Shown in pieces: positions 51,586 through 61,878 of a DNA stretch of 64,000 nt. This DNA is from Aulosira sp. ZfuVER01 (lineage in GTDB: Bacteria; Cyanobacteriota; Cyanobacteriia; Cyanobacteriales; Nostocaceae). The translations under genes and the position numbers were made by a program. Below the pieces are notes generated by a model. That model was not told the origin of the DNA, did no database searches, and saw only the letters and a list, made by a program, of their open reading frames with translations. The stretch is from contig JAVRCV020000012.1 of the NCBI GenBank assembly GCA_034530615.2, forward strand, positions 26,880-90,879, in the 5' to 3' direction. The number at the start of each line of letters is the position of its first letter. Within the stretch, counting starts at the first letter, position 1.

Positions 51586-51596
51586 TAGGAGGATTC

Positions 51597-51821
51597 ATGC
51601 TTGAAATTGGGTGGATTTCCGCTAAATTGTTTTTCAAGGGAAAGCTACTGCGCGACCCCATACATTTTGTCCGGCAAATGGCACTTGGTATTATCATTGG
51701 TTCCTTACTATTGGTGTCACTTGCACAAACCGAAATGCCTTTTTGGGTACCGATAGTAATATCTAGCTTAGCTACAGGTGCAGTGATGCCATTTCTCCTG
51801 AAAGACTTCAAAATGAAGTGA
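51597..51821 (+). CDS. Small membrane protein of the extended hyp region
   Basis: 74 aa, two TM segments, GGAGG RBS upstream. Confidence 0.7.
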   Translation: MLEIGWISAKLFFKGKLLRDPIHFVRQMALGIIIGSLLLVSLAQTEMPFWVPIVISSLATGAVMPFLLKDFKMK

Positions 51822-51823
51822 AA

Positions 51824-51874
51824 TTTCATTTGTCATTTGTCCTTGGTTATTCGACCTTGGTCATTTGTCATTTG
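51824..51874. repeat. Heptamer short tandem repeats (TCATTTG-type)
   Basis: TCATTTG-TCATTTG-TCCTTGG-...-TCATTTG-TCATTTG. Confidence 0.7.
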
Positions 51875-51883
51875 CATAAATAA

Positions 51884-52010
51884 TAACTAAACTACATCTA
51901 TTTTGAGAACCATAGTTTTAAAAGTAGTGGGAGCATCTTGCTCCTTGATCTTCGTAGGGGGCTTTCCGTCCCGCACTACTCCAGGTTTCAAAATGGACGA
52001 GGTTTAATTA
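51884..52010. repeat. MITE-like element enclosing a GTAG...CTAC hairpin
   Basis: Imperfect outer arms TAACTAAAC..ATTTTGAGAACC / GGTTTCAAAAT..GTTTAATTA; inner GTAGTG...CACTAC at 51924-51979. Confidence 0.65.
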
Positions 52011-52046
52011 CTTTTGACTTTGGACTATTGACCCTTGACTCTTGAC
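52011..52046. repeat. Degenerate heptamer tandem repeats (TTGACT-type)
   Basis: TTGACTT-TGGACTA-TTGACCC-TTGACTC-TTGAC just before the NifU-like start. Confidence 0.65.
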
Positions 52047-52048
52047 AA

Positions 52049-52891
52049 ATGACTAACCTTGAAGAATTGGTACAAGAAATCAACCGCTTTGAAGCAATTA
52101 TATCTGAATGGGACGAAAGTCAAAGGTGCGTAGTTGTAGGGCTACAAAGAGCGATTGAAGCTTTACATAAAACAGCCTTAAAGCGTTTGATTCAAAATCT
52201 CAAGGAAGAATCTGGATCAGCTTTGCGTCTTGCCGTGGCTGACGAAGTTGTATATGCAGTATTGCTTTATCACGAATTGGTCAAACCACCAAAACCACCT
52301 TTAGAACAACGTATCCAAATAGCCCTTGATGAAGTTCGTCCAGGCTTACAAAGTCATAATGGGGATATTGAACTAGTAGCCATCAAACTACCAGATACAG
52401 TGGAAGTCCGACTAATAGGAAATTGCAGTAATTGTCCTGCTTCTACTTTGACTTTAACACAAGGAGTCGAACAGGCGATTAAATCTCATTGTCCAGAAAT
52501 TACGAAAGTTATTGCTGTTAATAGTAGGGCTGCTATTGAGAGTTATAACCCTAATTTAACTAGTCCATTTTCCTCTCAAAGAGGCTCTACCTGGGTCAGA
52601 ATTACAACTTTTGATAAAATTCCTAAATCTGGTATTTTAGCAGTACGAGTTGCAGGTAATTCTTTTATTTTATATCGGCAAGGTAATAACATTAGCTGTT
52701 ACCATAATGCTTGCTCTCATCTAGGCTCGACTTTGGATGAAGGTAAGGTAGAAAATGGTATTATTACTTGCCCTACCCACGGGTTTCAGTATAGGTTAGA
52801 AACTGGAGAATGTTTAACGGTACCTGATGTTTCGCTTCAGTCATATCCGTTGAAAATTAGAGAAGATAAGGTTTTTGTGCAATTGCGATGA
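52049..52891 (+). CDS. NifU-like (CxxC) domain fused to a Rieske [2Fe-2S] domain
   Basis: VRPGLQSHNGD...GNCSNCP; NACSHLG...TCPTHG. Confidence 0.9.
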   Translation: MTNLEELVQEINRFEAIISEWDESQRCVVVGLQRAIEALHKTALKRLIQNLKEESGSALRLAVADEVVYAVLLYHELVKPPKPPLEQRIQIALDEVRPGLQSHNGDIELVAIKLPDTVEVRLIGNCSNCPASTLTLTQGVEQAIKSHCPEITKVIAVNSRAAIESYNPNLTSPFSSQRGSTWVRITTFDKIPKSGILAVRVAGNSFILYRQGNNISCYHNACSHLGSTLDEGKVENGIITCPTHGFQYRLETGECLTVPDVSLQSYPLKIREDKVFVQLR

Positions 52892-53406
52892 GCAATACTT
52901 CTTGTGCAATTGTCATACCTTTGCACAACTAACCATGAAAATCAATATCCCATGCCTTTTTATTATTGTGAAGCGCCAAAACGTGCTAATAACTCCTCAC
53001 AAGATAGTTGCAGCAACAAAGGGGTAAATTCTTTAGTCGGTAATGATAATAAAGATTCAATTATGAAAAAATCTTATCAAGAATATAAATAAATATTATT
53101 ATTCAGGATGAATTTATTGATAATATGCGTCTATAAATCTTCACTATTGCATTAAAAATAACAGCGTATCATCTAATATCAATCTATTAGGATCGTGTAG
53201 CATAGATAGCAGCATAATTAAAGATATAAACTAAGAATTAAATTGTGTATAGTTTGATTAAAACTAACTTGTTCTATCTAGAATGTCAGCAGTAAAGTAC
53301 TTAAGGTGGAAGTGAATCAGCTGATGAGATAAATTACTGCTAGCCTGACCTACTTTAGGAAAATACTTGCAACTATGTGTACACCAATTCTTTCATACTT
53401 GTTGAG

Positions 53407-54390
53407 ATGACCCCTAGCATTACAGATTCAACAGTAAAGGCCGCGATCGCAGCTATTGCATCGGAGTCAGCAACGACACAAGAGAAAATCGAGATGTTGA
53501 TTGAGTTGGCACAGGGTTTACAGAACAAGCCCAAAACTACCCAAGATTTATGGAGTGCAGTTGCACTATATAAACGGGCTAATGAAATGTGTAGTGATGA
53601 TTATCCTCTACTCAAAGCCCGCGCTAAAGTGGGTATGGCTGGGGCTTTGAAGTCAATTCCACAGGAGGGTACAGAGTTACTCTTAGAAGCGAAAACTGCC
53701 TATACAGAAGCATTACCGATTCTGCAACAGTTAGCTTCCCAAGAGGAAATAGCAGAAGCACAGATGAATTTGGGTTTGGTGTTGCAATCGCTAGTACCCT
53801 TCAATTTGGCACAAATAGCAGATAGCATCAAAGTTTATCAAGAAGCATTGCGGGTATTTACTGCGGATAATTACCCACAAGAATATGCAATTTTACACAA
53901 CAATATTGCGATCGCTTACCTCTCAATCTCAGTGGGGATGGAACAAAAACAGTTGTGTGAAGGTTTAGCCGTACAGACATTTGAATCGGCGCTAAAGCAG
54001 ATTACCCTGATTGAAAACCCCAGAGAATATGCAATGTTGCAAAACAATTTGGGGAATGCTTTGCAATATTTACAAAGTACCCATCCTGTAGAGAATAATT
54101 TACGCGCGATCGCAGCTTACGAAGAAGCATTAAAAGTGCGTAATGCTAAAGATACACCCTTAGAATACGCCAACACAATCTCTAACAAAGCCAACGCCCT
54201 CTTCAACCTCCCGGACGATCCAGAACAACCAGAATTAGGAAATCCCCAAAATCTCTTACAAGCAAGTGCATTCTATCAACAAGCTTGGGAAATATTCACT
54301 CAGTATCAACAGTTGGAACAAGCTCAAATTGTCGCCCAAGCTTTACAAGAAGTGGTAACAGAAATCAAAACGCGAGAGTTACATTTGTAG
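53407..54390 (+). CDS. TPR-like helical repeat protein (copy 2)
   Basis: Co-linear and highly similar to 50269-51243. Confidence 0.8.
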   Translation: MTPSITDSTVKAAIAAIASESATTQEKIEMLIELAQGLQNKPKTTQDLWSAVALYKRANEMCSDDYPLLKARAKVGMAGALKSIPQEGTELLLEAKTAYTEALPILQQLASQEEIAEAQMNLGLVLQSLVPFNLAQIADSIKVYQEALRVFTADNYPQEYAILHNNIAIAYLSISVGMEQKQLCEGLAVQTFESALKQITLIENPREYAMLQNNLGNALQYLQSTHPVENNLRAIAAYEEALKVRNAKDTPLEYANTISNKANALFNLPDDPEQPELGNPQNLLQASAFYQQAWEIFTQYQQLEQAQIVAQALQEVVTEIKTRELHL

Positions 54391-54566
54391 AGGTTTCTCC
54401 TTCCTTGACTTTACGAATATCGGTATTTCACAACCATTGATTGAATTGGGTTTAATAAAGCTGCCATCGCTGATACAGCAGGAATAAATCATTAGTGAGA
54501 AAATACTAATGAATAAAGATAACTTCTCATTAAGAATCAGCATTCCTCAGCTTCCATCAGCGGTAA

Positions 54567-55784
54567 ATGCATAAATCTATTAAGTTTGCTTCCACACCTC
54601 AATTACCGCCAGAACCCACAGAAATTTCCCCAAAATTACCCTTCTCACCTGAAGGTGCAAAAGTAATTTTAGGCGATATTCTGCAACCGGGAGAATTAGC
54701 CATACCCATAGCGCCTAGTCCCACAACCATGTTTGGCCCTCGTGGTGCTTGTTTACTATCAGAAACAGGGCCATTGTGGGTATCTGATACCGGACATCAT
54801 CGATTATTGGGATGGCGAAATTTACCTACAAAAGATAGTCAAAGTGCTGATTGGGTAATTGGACAACCAGACTTTTACCATGAGGGACAAAACGCTAAAG
54901 GTACACCAGGGAAATCAACTTTAAGCGTACCAACAGGAATTTGTGCTTGTGGGGAAGGATTAGCTGTCGCAGATGCTTGGAATCACCGCGTATTAATTTG
55001 GAAAAAAGTACCAGAAGATAGTAATGTTCCCGCAGATTTGGTGTTAGGACAAGCTAACTTTACTGATAACGAACCAAATCGAGGCAGTCAAGTAGCCGCA
55101 GCAAATACGATGCATTGGCCTTATGGTATTTGCTATCACCAAGGAAAGCTATTTGTAACTGATACTGGCAATCGTCGGGTATTAATTTGGCAACAATTAC
55201 CAACAGAAAATGGTCAAGCTGCCGATTTAGTATTGGGACAACCGGATATGATATCGCGTAATGAAAATGGCGGTGGTTCTCCCACGGCTGCAAGTATGCG
55301 ATGGTGTCACGACATTAGCTTTTGGGGAGACAATTTAGTTATTGCTGATGCTGGCAATAACCGGGTGATGATTTGGCAGGGAATGCCAACAGAAAATAAT
55401 GCCCCTTGTGCAGTGGTATTGGGACAAAAAAGCTTTGATTCTGTGGAAATGAATCAAGGTGTGTACTTTCCCAATGCCAGTAGTTTGAGTATGCCTTATG
55501 GTGTGGATGCGGCAGGTGATTGGTTAGTAGTGGCAGATACAGCTAATTCTCGCTTGCTAGGATGGAAGAAACCAGAATCAATTCTATCACTGCCAGCTAT
55601 GGCAGCAGATGTAGTTATAGGACAAACAAATTTTAAAAATAAAGGTGAAAATCGTGATTTTGGGCTACCAACACGCAAAAGTTTAAATTGGTGTTATGGC
55701 ATCAAAATTTGTGGCAACACTGCGGTAATAGCTGATTCTGGAAACAACCGAATTTTGCTGTGGCAATTTAATTATGGCGACTGA
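54567..55784 (+). CDS. NHL-repeat beta-propeller protein upstream of hypF
   Basis: Repeated (V/S)D.G(N/H).R.L.W...AD.V(I/L)GQ units. Confidence 0.88.
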   Translation: MHKSIKFASTPQLPPEPTEISPKLPFSPEGAKVILGDILQPGELAIPIAPSPTTMFGPRGACLLSETGPLWVSDTGHHRLLGWRNLPTKDSQSADWVIGQPDFYHEGQNAKGTPGKSTLSVPTGICACGEGLAVADAWNHRVLIWKKVPEDSNVPADLVLGQANFTDNEPNRGSQVAAANTMHWPYGICYHQGKLFVTDTGNRRVLIWQQLPTENGQAADLVLGQPDMISRNENGGGSPTAASMRWCHDISFWGDNLVIADAGNNRVMIWQGMPTENNAPCAVVLGQKSFDSVEMNQGVYFPNASSLSMPYGVDAAGDWLVVADTANSRLLGWKKPESILSLPAMAADVVIGQTNFKNKGENRDFGLPTRKSLNWCYGIKICGNTAVIADSGNNRILLWQFNYGD

Positions 55785-58185
55785 AGAAATTAGAGTGCGC
55801 GGTACAGTTCAGGGTGTGGGGTTTCGCCCGACTGTCTATCGCCTGGCCAAAGCCTGCGGTTTGCGGGGAGATGTTTGTAATGATGGGCAAGGTGTTTTAA
55901 TTCGGGTAACTGGTAGCGAAGCAGCCATAGGAGAATTTGTCAGCAAATTACAGCAAGAGTGCCCACCCCTAGCCAGAATTCAGGAAATTATCAGAACGCT
56001 TTGTGTAGATGAATTTAACTTTGAGGATTTTGCGATCGCTAGTACGATCGCGAATAAAGTAAAAACAGCAATCTCCCCTGATGCTGCTACTTGTCCTCAA
56101 TGCCAAAAAGAAATTTTTGATCCTTTTAGCCGCTTTTACCGTTATCCCTTCACCAACTGTACCCATTGCGGCCCCAGATTAAGTATTATTCGCGCCGTTC
56201 CCTATGACAGATGCAATACAAGTATGTCTGCATTTGTTATGTGTCCCGAATGCGAGAAAGAATACCACGATGTTGAAAACCGCCGCTTCCACGCCCAACC
56301 TGTCGCTTGCCATATCTGCGGTGCCAAAGCTTGGTTAGAACGTGCTGATGGTAAATCTGTCACCACCTCCATGTTCTCGATGATGGATGATGTTGATGCT
56401 GTCTGTACCCTATTGCAAAAAGGCGAGATTGTCGCCATTAAAGGTTTGGGTGGTATTCATTTAGCTTGTGACGCCACTGTGGAAGCTGCTGTGCAAAAAT
56501 TGCGTCAGCGTAAAAAACGCTATCATAAACCCCTGGCTTTAATGGCCAGGGATATAGATGTAATTGCCAAATATTGCACCATCAACTCTAAAGAAAGAGA
56601 ATTATTGACAAGCCCCACCGCCCCTATTGTTTTGTTGAGGAAAAAAGAACTAGAAACTAGGGAAGAAATTGTCACTTCTAACTCTTCACTATTCACTCAG
56701 CACTCAGCACTCAGCACTCAGCACTCTATTGCCTCATCTGTAGCACCAGGACAAAATAGCCTCGGTTTTATGCTACCTTATACCCCCTTACATCACCTAA
56801 TTCTTAAGCGGATGAAGCGCCCGATTGTGTTAACAAGTGGCAATTTATCTGATGAACCACAATGTATTGATAATGATGATGCAAGAGATAGGTTAGGCAA
56901 AATAGCTGATTATTTTCTTTTTCATAATCGAGATATTATCAACCGCGTAGATGATTCAGTAGTGCAGGTGGTTAGCGATAAAGTCCAAACAATTCGCCGC
57001 GCCAGAGGATATGCACCAGCACCGATTAAATTACCACCTGGATTCGATAATCTTCCACCGATTTTAGCAATGGGTAGCGAATTGAAAAATACCTTTTGCT
57101 TATTGCGAGAAGGAGAAGCAATTCTCTCGCAACATTTGGGAGATTTAGAAAATGCTGCGGCTTTTAACGCTTATCAAGATACCTTAAATTTGTACTTAAA
57201 TTTATTTGAGCATCAACCACAAGCCATAGCCATTGATAAACATCCAGAATATCTCTCCAGCAAACTCGGTCAAGAACTAGCAGCCGCTAATCAAATCAAA
57301 ATTTATCATATCCAGCATCATCACGCTCATATTGTCGCTTGTATGGCAGAAAACGGTATTTCTCTCAATTCTCCACCAGTTTTAGGTATTGCTTTAGACG
57401 GCTTAGGTTATGGCGAAGATGGTACATTTTGGGGAGGAGAATTTCTGTTAGCAGATTACCGTCAATTCCGGCGGCTAGCAAAATTTAAACCAGTGGCAAT
57501 GATTGGGGGAGAACAAGCAATTTATCAGCCTTGGCGTAATACATACGCCCAACTCATAGCAGTAGATAGTTGGCAAAATTTAACACAAAAATTTGGGAAT
57601 TTAGAAATATTAAAATTTTTAGAGCAAAAGCCCCTAAAGTTACTCAATCAGCTTATAGAGAAGAACATTAACTCCCCCATAGCGTCCTCAGCCGGAAGAT
57701 TATTTGATGCTGTAGCTGCTGCAATTGGCATTTTTCCCGAAGAATGTAGCTTTGAGGGACAAGCTGCGATCGCACTAGAAGCCTTAGTAGATATTGATAG
57801 CTTAAATAATGATAAAGAAACGCAAAACTATCCTTTTAATTTTACCTTTTTCGATAGTATTTATTGTATAGACCCTAGCCTTCTATGGCCAGCCTTGCTT
57901 ACAGACTTACAAGAGCAAACATCTCAAGCGAGAATAGCTGCAAAATTTCATAGGAGTTTAGCCAAAGCAATTGTCGAGATGGTCAAACATCTGTCTCAAG
58001 AACATCTCATTCATTATGTCGTCCTTACAGGAGGCGTATTTCAAAATTGTATTTTATTAAAGCAAGTTATTAAGGGCTTACAAGCATTAGAAATCAACGT
58101 ATTAACTCACAGCTTAGTTCCTCCAAACGATGGAGGAATATCCTTAGGACAAGCTGTAATTACAGCCGCTAGATTAATAGATTGA
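55774..58185 (+). CDS. hypF: [NiFe]-hydrogenase maturation carbamoyltransferase HypF
   Basis: GTVQGVGFRP, CxxC Zn fingers, RRFHAQP, QHHHAH, PPNDGGISLGQ. Confidence 0.97.
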   Translation: MATEEIRVRGTVQGVGFRPTVYRLAKACGLRGDVCNDGQGVLIRVTGSEAAIGEFVSKLQQECPPLARIQEIIRTLCVDEFNFEDFAIASTIANKVKTAISPDAATCPQCQKEIFDPFSRFYRYPFTNCTHCGPRLSIIRAVPYDRCNTSMSAFVMCPECEKEYHDVENRRFHAQPVACHICGAKAWLERADGKSVTTSMFSMMDDVDAVCTLLQKGEIVAIKGLGGIHLACDATVEAAVQKLRQRKKRYHKPLALMARDIDVIAKYCTINSKERELLTSPTAPIVLLRKKELETREEIVTSNSSLFTQHSALSTQHSIASSVAPGQNSLGFMLPYTPLHHLILKRMKRPIVLTSGNLSDEPQCIDNDDARDRLGKIADYFLFHNRDIINRVDDSVVQVVSDKVQTIRRARGYAPAPIKLPPGFDNLPPILAMGSELKNTFCLLREGEAILSQHLGDLENAAAFNAYQDTLNLYLNLFEHQPQAIAIDKHPEYLSSKLGQELAAANQIKIYHIQHHHAHIVACMAENGISLNSPPVLGIALDGLGYGEDGTFWGGEFLLADYRQFRRLAKFKPVAMIGGEQAIYQPWRNTYAQLIAVDSWQNLTQKFGNLEILKFLEQKPLKLLNQLIEKNINSPIASSAGRLFDAVAAAIGIFPEECSFEGQAAIALEALVDIDSLNNDKETQNYPFNFTFFDSIYCIDPSLLWPALLTDLQEQTSQARIAAKFHRSLAKAIVEMVKHLSQEHLIHYVVLTGGVFQNCILLKQVIKGLQALEINVLTHSLVPPNDGGISLGQAVITAARLID
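56694..56726 (+). repeat. CACTCAG heptamer tandem repeat (4.7 units) inside hypF
   Basis: CACTCAG x4 + CACTC, translated as TQHSALSTQHS. Confidence 0.9.
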
Positions 58186-58261
58186 TTCTCCTTAATAAGC
58201 TAACACACAATCATAATTATTTGAAAAATCTCTGCATCTCACTTCAAAAAGGAAAATAACA

Positions 58262-58507
58262 ATGTGCTTAGGAATTCCCGGTCAAATTGTCGAAATAACA
58301 GACATTAATCATAAATTAGCTATTGTCAACGTTGGCGGTGTCAAACGACAAGTGAACATTGCTTGCATCGTTGACGAACAACATCCTCCCGAAGCTTGTA
58401 TAGGAGATTGGGTATTAGTTCATGTAGGCTTCGCCATGAATCGCATTAACGAACAAGAAGCAGCAGAAACATTACATTTATTAGAGGAAATAGCAGCAAA
58501 TATCTAA
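58262..58507 (+). CDS. hypC: Hydrogenase maturation chaperone HypC
   Basis: MCLGIPG, VLVHVGFA. Confidence 0.97.
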   Translation: MCLGIPGQIVEITDINHKLAIVNVGGVKRQVNIACIVDEQHPPEACIGDWVLVHVGFAMNRINEQEAAETLHLLEEIAANI

Positions 58508-58597
58508 AACATCTTCTCTCTTATTCTTCTTTGCGACCTTGGCGTACTTGGCGGTTAGATACAACAATCCTCCTTAAAAACTCCTCCTCACACACTT

Positions 58598-59782
58598 ATG
58601 AAATACGTTGACGAATTTCGAGAACCCGAAAAAGCTGAAGGCTTACGCCGTGAAATTACCAAAATCAGCCAACAGCTAGAAAAGCCAATCAAAATCATGG
58701 AAGTATGCGGCGGACATACCCATTCCATATTTAAGTATGGTATCGAGGAAATTCTGCCCGATCGCATTGAATTAATTCATGGCCCTGGTTGTCCAGTCTG
58801 CGTCATGCCAAAAGGCAGGTTAGATGATGCGATCGCTATCTGCCAAAATGATAACGTCATTTTCACCACCTTTGGCGATGCCATGCGCGTTCCTGGCTCA
58901 AAAACCAGCTTACTGCAAGCCAAAGCGCAAGGCGCAGATATCCGCATGGTTTACTCGCCCTTAGATAGCTTGCAAATAGCTAAAGACAACCCCGACAAAG
59001 AAATTGTATTTTTCGCCCTAGGCTTTGAAACTACAGCCCCCAGTACCGCTTTTACCATCCTGCAAGCAGCAGCCGAAAACATTCCTAACTTTAGTATGTT
59101 TTGCAATCACGTCCTTGTGATTCCGGCTTTACAAGCACTACTAGATAACCCCGACTTACAGCTTGATGGATTTGTCGGACCTGGTCATGTCAGTATGGTG
59201 ATTGGTACTGACCCTTATCAATTTATTTCGCAACAATATCATAAGCCAATTGTTGTTTCCGGATTTGAACCCTTAGACATTCTCCAATCAATTTGGATGC
59301 TGTTACAGCAGCTATTAGAAAATCGTTGCGAAGTCGAAAATCAATATAATCGCATAGTCCAACCTGCGGGAAATCAAGTCGCACTAGCAGCCATCAATCA
59401 AGTTTTTACTGCGCGAGAAAAATTTGAGTGGCGAGGCTTAGGTGATATCCCTTATTCAGGTTTACAAATTCGTTCAGAATACGCACAATTCGACGCTGAA
59501 GTTAAATTTACCATTCCTAACCGTAAAGTTGCCGATCATAAAGCTTGTCAATGTGGAGAAATCCTCAAAGGTGTGATGAAACCTTGGCAATGCAAAGTAT
59601 TTGGTACTGCTTGCACACCAGAAACACCTATTGGCACTTGCATGGTATCTTCCGAAGGGGCTTGCGCTGCCTACTATAAATATGGCAGACTCTCTACTCT
59701 GTCCCAGAAAACAACGCGAGAGAAACCAAAGCTAGAATTAGCTCAAGAACCTCTGCCATCCTGTAGTACATCTTTGGTATAG
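58598..59782 (+). CDS. hypD: Hydrogenase maturation protein HypD
   Basis: MEVCGGHTH, GPGCPVC, GFETTAP, PGHVS, CMVSSEGAC. Confidence 0.97.
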   Translation: MKYVDEFREPEKAEGLRREITKISQQLEKPIKIMEVCGGHTHSIFKYGIEEILPDRIELIHGPGCPVCVMPKGRLDDAIAICQNDNVIFTTFGDAMRVPGSKTSLLQAKAQGADIRMVYSPLDSLQIAKDNPDKEIVFFALGFETTAPSTAFTILQAAAENIPNFSMFCNHVLVIPALQALLDNPDLQLDGFVGPGHVSMVIGTDPYQFISQQYHKPIVVSGFEPLDILQSIWMLLQQLLENRCEVENQYNRIVQPAGNQVALAAINQVFTAREKFEWRGLGDIPYSGLQIRSEYAQFDAEVKFTIPNRKVADHKACQCGEILKGVMKPWQCKVFGTACTPETPIGTCMVSSEGACAAYYKYGRLSTLSQKTTREKPKLELAQEPLPSCSTSLV

Positions 59783-59815
59783 CTAATCTCAACCACATAT
59801 TTGAGGAAAAACTTT

Positions 59816-60031
59816 ATGCCATTTGTCACAGTTAAAATTGCTAGAGGACACTCCATTGAAAAAAAGCGGCGGCTAGTAGAAGCCATTACTAACGCCTTAG
59901 TTACAGCCTTAGATACCAAACCAGAATGGATAACCATTCATATTGATGAATTTGAACGAGAAAGTTGGGCTGTAAATGGTGAATTACTTTGTGATAGACA
60001 TCGTGGCAGACACGATGAATCAGGTAGATAA
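59816..60031 (+). CDS. 4-oxalocrotonate tautomerase family protein
   Basis: MPFVTVK start exposes catalytic Pro1; ~71 aa; W..G motif. Confidence 0.88.
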   Translation: MPFVTVKIARGHSIEKKRRLVEAITNALVTALDTKPEWITIHIDEFERESWAVNGELLCDRHRGRHDESGR

Positions 60032-60032
60032 A

Positions 60033-60061
60033 GTAGGGGCACAACAATTTTGTGCCCTTAT
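60033..60061. repeat. GTAG-type REP-like hairpin
   Basis: GTAGGGGCACAA...TTGTGCCCTTA, related to 44101-44129. Confidence 0.7.
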
Positions 60062-60091
60062 ACATAACTAAAAAAATAGAGGGGAATTTCA

Positions 60092-60487
60092 ATGACTACT
60101 AATAATCATCAACGTCAGATTTGGCTACTAGCTTTAATAGCCATTAATATATTTGCTTCCATTTTGCACTACGTCGATCGATATCCAGAACCGTCTTGGT
60201 TTACGCCTCAGATCACAGATTCTCTATGGTTGATTATGACACCCTTAAGTTTAGCTGGATATTATCAATATATTAAAAAATCATTCTCATCTGCATATTT
60301 ATGCCTGTATACATACATCATCATGAGTCAGATTACTTTAGGACACAACATTATTACTCCTTTGTGGCATCTGGCTCTAAAAATGAATACATTGATTTTA
60401 TTGGAATCTAGTACAGCAATTCCTCTATTAATTTTCGTAACTTGGTCGCAACTGTTTCTCAAAGAAGGTAGAGAAGCAACACAATAA
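60092..60487 (+). CDS. Hypothetical 4-TM membrane protein between the tautomerase gene and hypE
   Basis: GAGGGG RBS, four hydrophobic segments, LHYVD..YPEP motif. Confidence 0.7.
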   Translation: MTTNNHQRQIWLLALIAINIFASILHYVDRYPEPSWFTPQITDSLWLIMTPLSLAGYYQYIKKSFSSAYLCLYTYIIMSQITLGHNIITPLWHLALKMNTLILLESSTAIPLLIFVTWSQLFLKEGREATQ

Positions 60488-60579
60488 TTATTGGTCATTT
60501 GTCTTTTGTCATCTTTATCTTCCTTCTCCTTTTGCATACATACTACTACCTTCTGCCTCCTGCCTTCTATTAAATCAAC

Positions 60580-61683
60580 ATGGACTCTTCCCCAACGACC
60601 TCAACACAAAATTCACTCTTTCAAAAGCTAGAAAAAATCCGCCGTCGCCAAAATAAAGTGCGAGATACTCATATTACCCTCGCACATGGTAGCGGTGGTA
60701 AAGCCATGCGCGATTTAATTGATGATATCTTTGTCAAAAATTTTGATAATCCAATTCTTTCTCAACTAGAAGACCAAGCTAGTTTGAATTTAGCCAGTCT
60801 CATGCAGCATGGAGATAGGCTGGCTTTTACCACTGATTCCTATGTCGTAGACCCTTTATTTTTTCCTGGTGGTGATATTGGAGAATTAGCCATTAATGGC
60901 ACAGTTAACGATTTAGCAGTCAGTGGTGGTAAACCTTTATATCTCACCTGTAGCGTGATTTTAGAAGAAGGTTTAGCTGTAGAAACTTTACGCCGTGTAG
61001 CTGCCAGTATGCAAGCAGCTGCTAGTAAAGCAGGTATTCAAATTGTGACTGGTGACACAAAAGTTGTTCATCGAGGTGCAGCCGATAAACTATTTATTAA
61101 TACTGCTGGTATTGGCGTAATTCCTAGCGGAGTTGATATTTCTGCTCATAAAATTCAACCAGGAGATGCAGTAATTGTTAATGGTGAATTGGGTAATCAT
61201 GGCACAGCAATTTTAATTGCCCGTGGCGAATTAGCATTAGATTCTGATATTGAAAGCGACTGTCAGCCATTACATGGCTTAGTGGAAAACATCCTCAAAG
61301 TTTGCCCAGAAGTTCATGCTATGCGCGATGCAACACGCGGCGGTTTAGCTACAGTATTAAATGAATTTGCCCTTAGTTCTAATGTCGGAATTCGCCTTTA
61401 CGAGGAATCTATTCCAGTGCGGGAAGAAGTCAAAGGTGTTTGCGAAATTCTTGGTTTAGATCCCTTATATTTAGCCAATGAAGGTAAATTAGTAGTAGTA
61501 GTACCAGGCAAAGATGCTGAGGCTGTTTTATCAGCCATGAAATCTCACCCAGCAGGAAAAGACGCTGAGATTATTGGCGAAGCTATCGCTTCACCTCCCG
61601 GCGTAGTTGTGCTGAAAACTATTTTCAATGCTGAACGAATTGTTGATATGCTAGTTGGCGATCAATTGCCACGCATTTGTTGA
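60580..61683 (+). CDS. hypE: Hydrogenase maturation protein HypE
   Basis: HGSGG, TTDSYVVDP, GDTKVV, RDATRGG, C-terminal PRIC. Confidence 0.97.
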   Translation: MDSSPTTSTQNSLFQKLEKIRRRQNKVRDTHITLAHGSGGKAMRDLIDDIFVKNFDNPILSQLEDQASLNLASLMQHGDRLAFTTDSYVVDPLFFPGGDIGELAINGTVNDLAVSGGKPLYLTCSVILEEGLAVETLRRVAASMQAAASKAGIQIVTGDTKVVHRGAADKLFINTAGIGVIPSGVDISAHKIQPGDAVIVNGELGNHGTAILIARGELALDSDIESDCQPLHGLVENILKVCPEVHAMRDATRGGLATVLNEFALSSNVGIRLYEESIPVREEVKGVCEILGLDPLYLANEGKLVVVVPGKDAEAVLSAMKSHPAGKDAEIIGEAIASPPGVVVLKTIFNAERIVDMLVGDQLPRIC

Positions 61684-61767
61684 TTATTGTTAGCTATATT
61701 CCACATTATCCAGAGAAATTTTCATCAAAAACCGTCTATACAGGTAATAAATAATCGACATTTATCA

Positions 61768-61843
61768 GCGTACCCTGCGGGTTCGCCGTTAGGCGCTCTC
61801 GTTCGCTGAAAGCGTTCCCGAAGGGTAGAGTAGCCCTTCGGTC
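61768..61843. repeat. Cluster of nested mini-hairpin small dispersed repeats
   Basis: CCC-TGC-GGG, CGCC-GTTA-GGCG, CGCT-GAA-AGCG and CCC-GAA-GGG hairpins in a GC-rich patch. Confidence 0.65.
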
Positions 61844-61878
61844 TATATCGGCAGTTGTAATTTTGTAATGGTGAATTT

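Noticed and set aside
52904..53092. 62-aa ORF after the NifU-Rieske gene
   Set aside because: GTG start without a clear RBS, AT-rich, no motif; cannot be supported as a gene.
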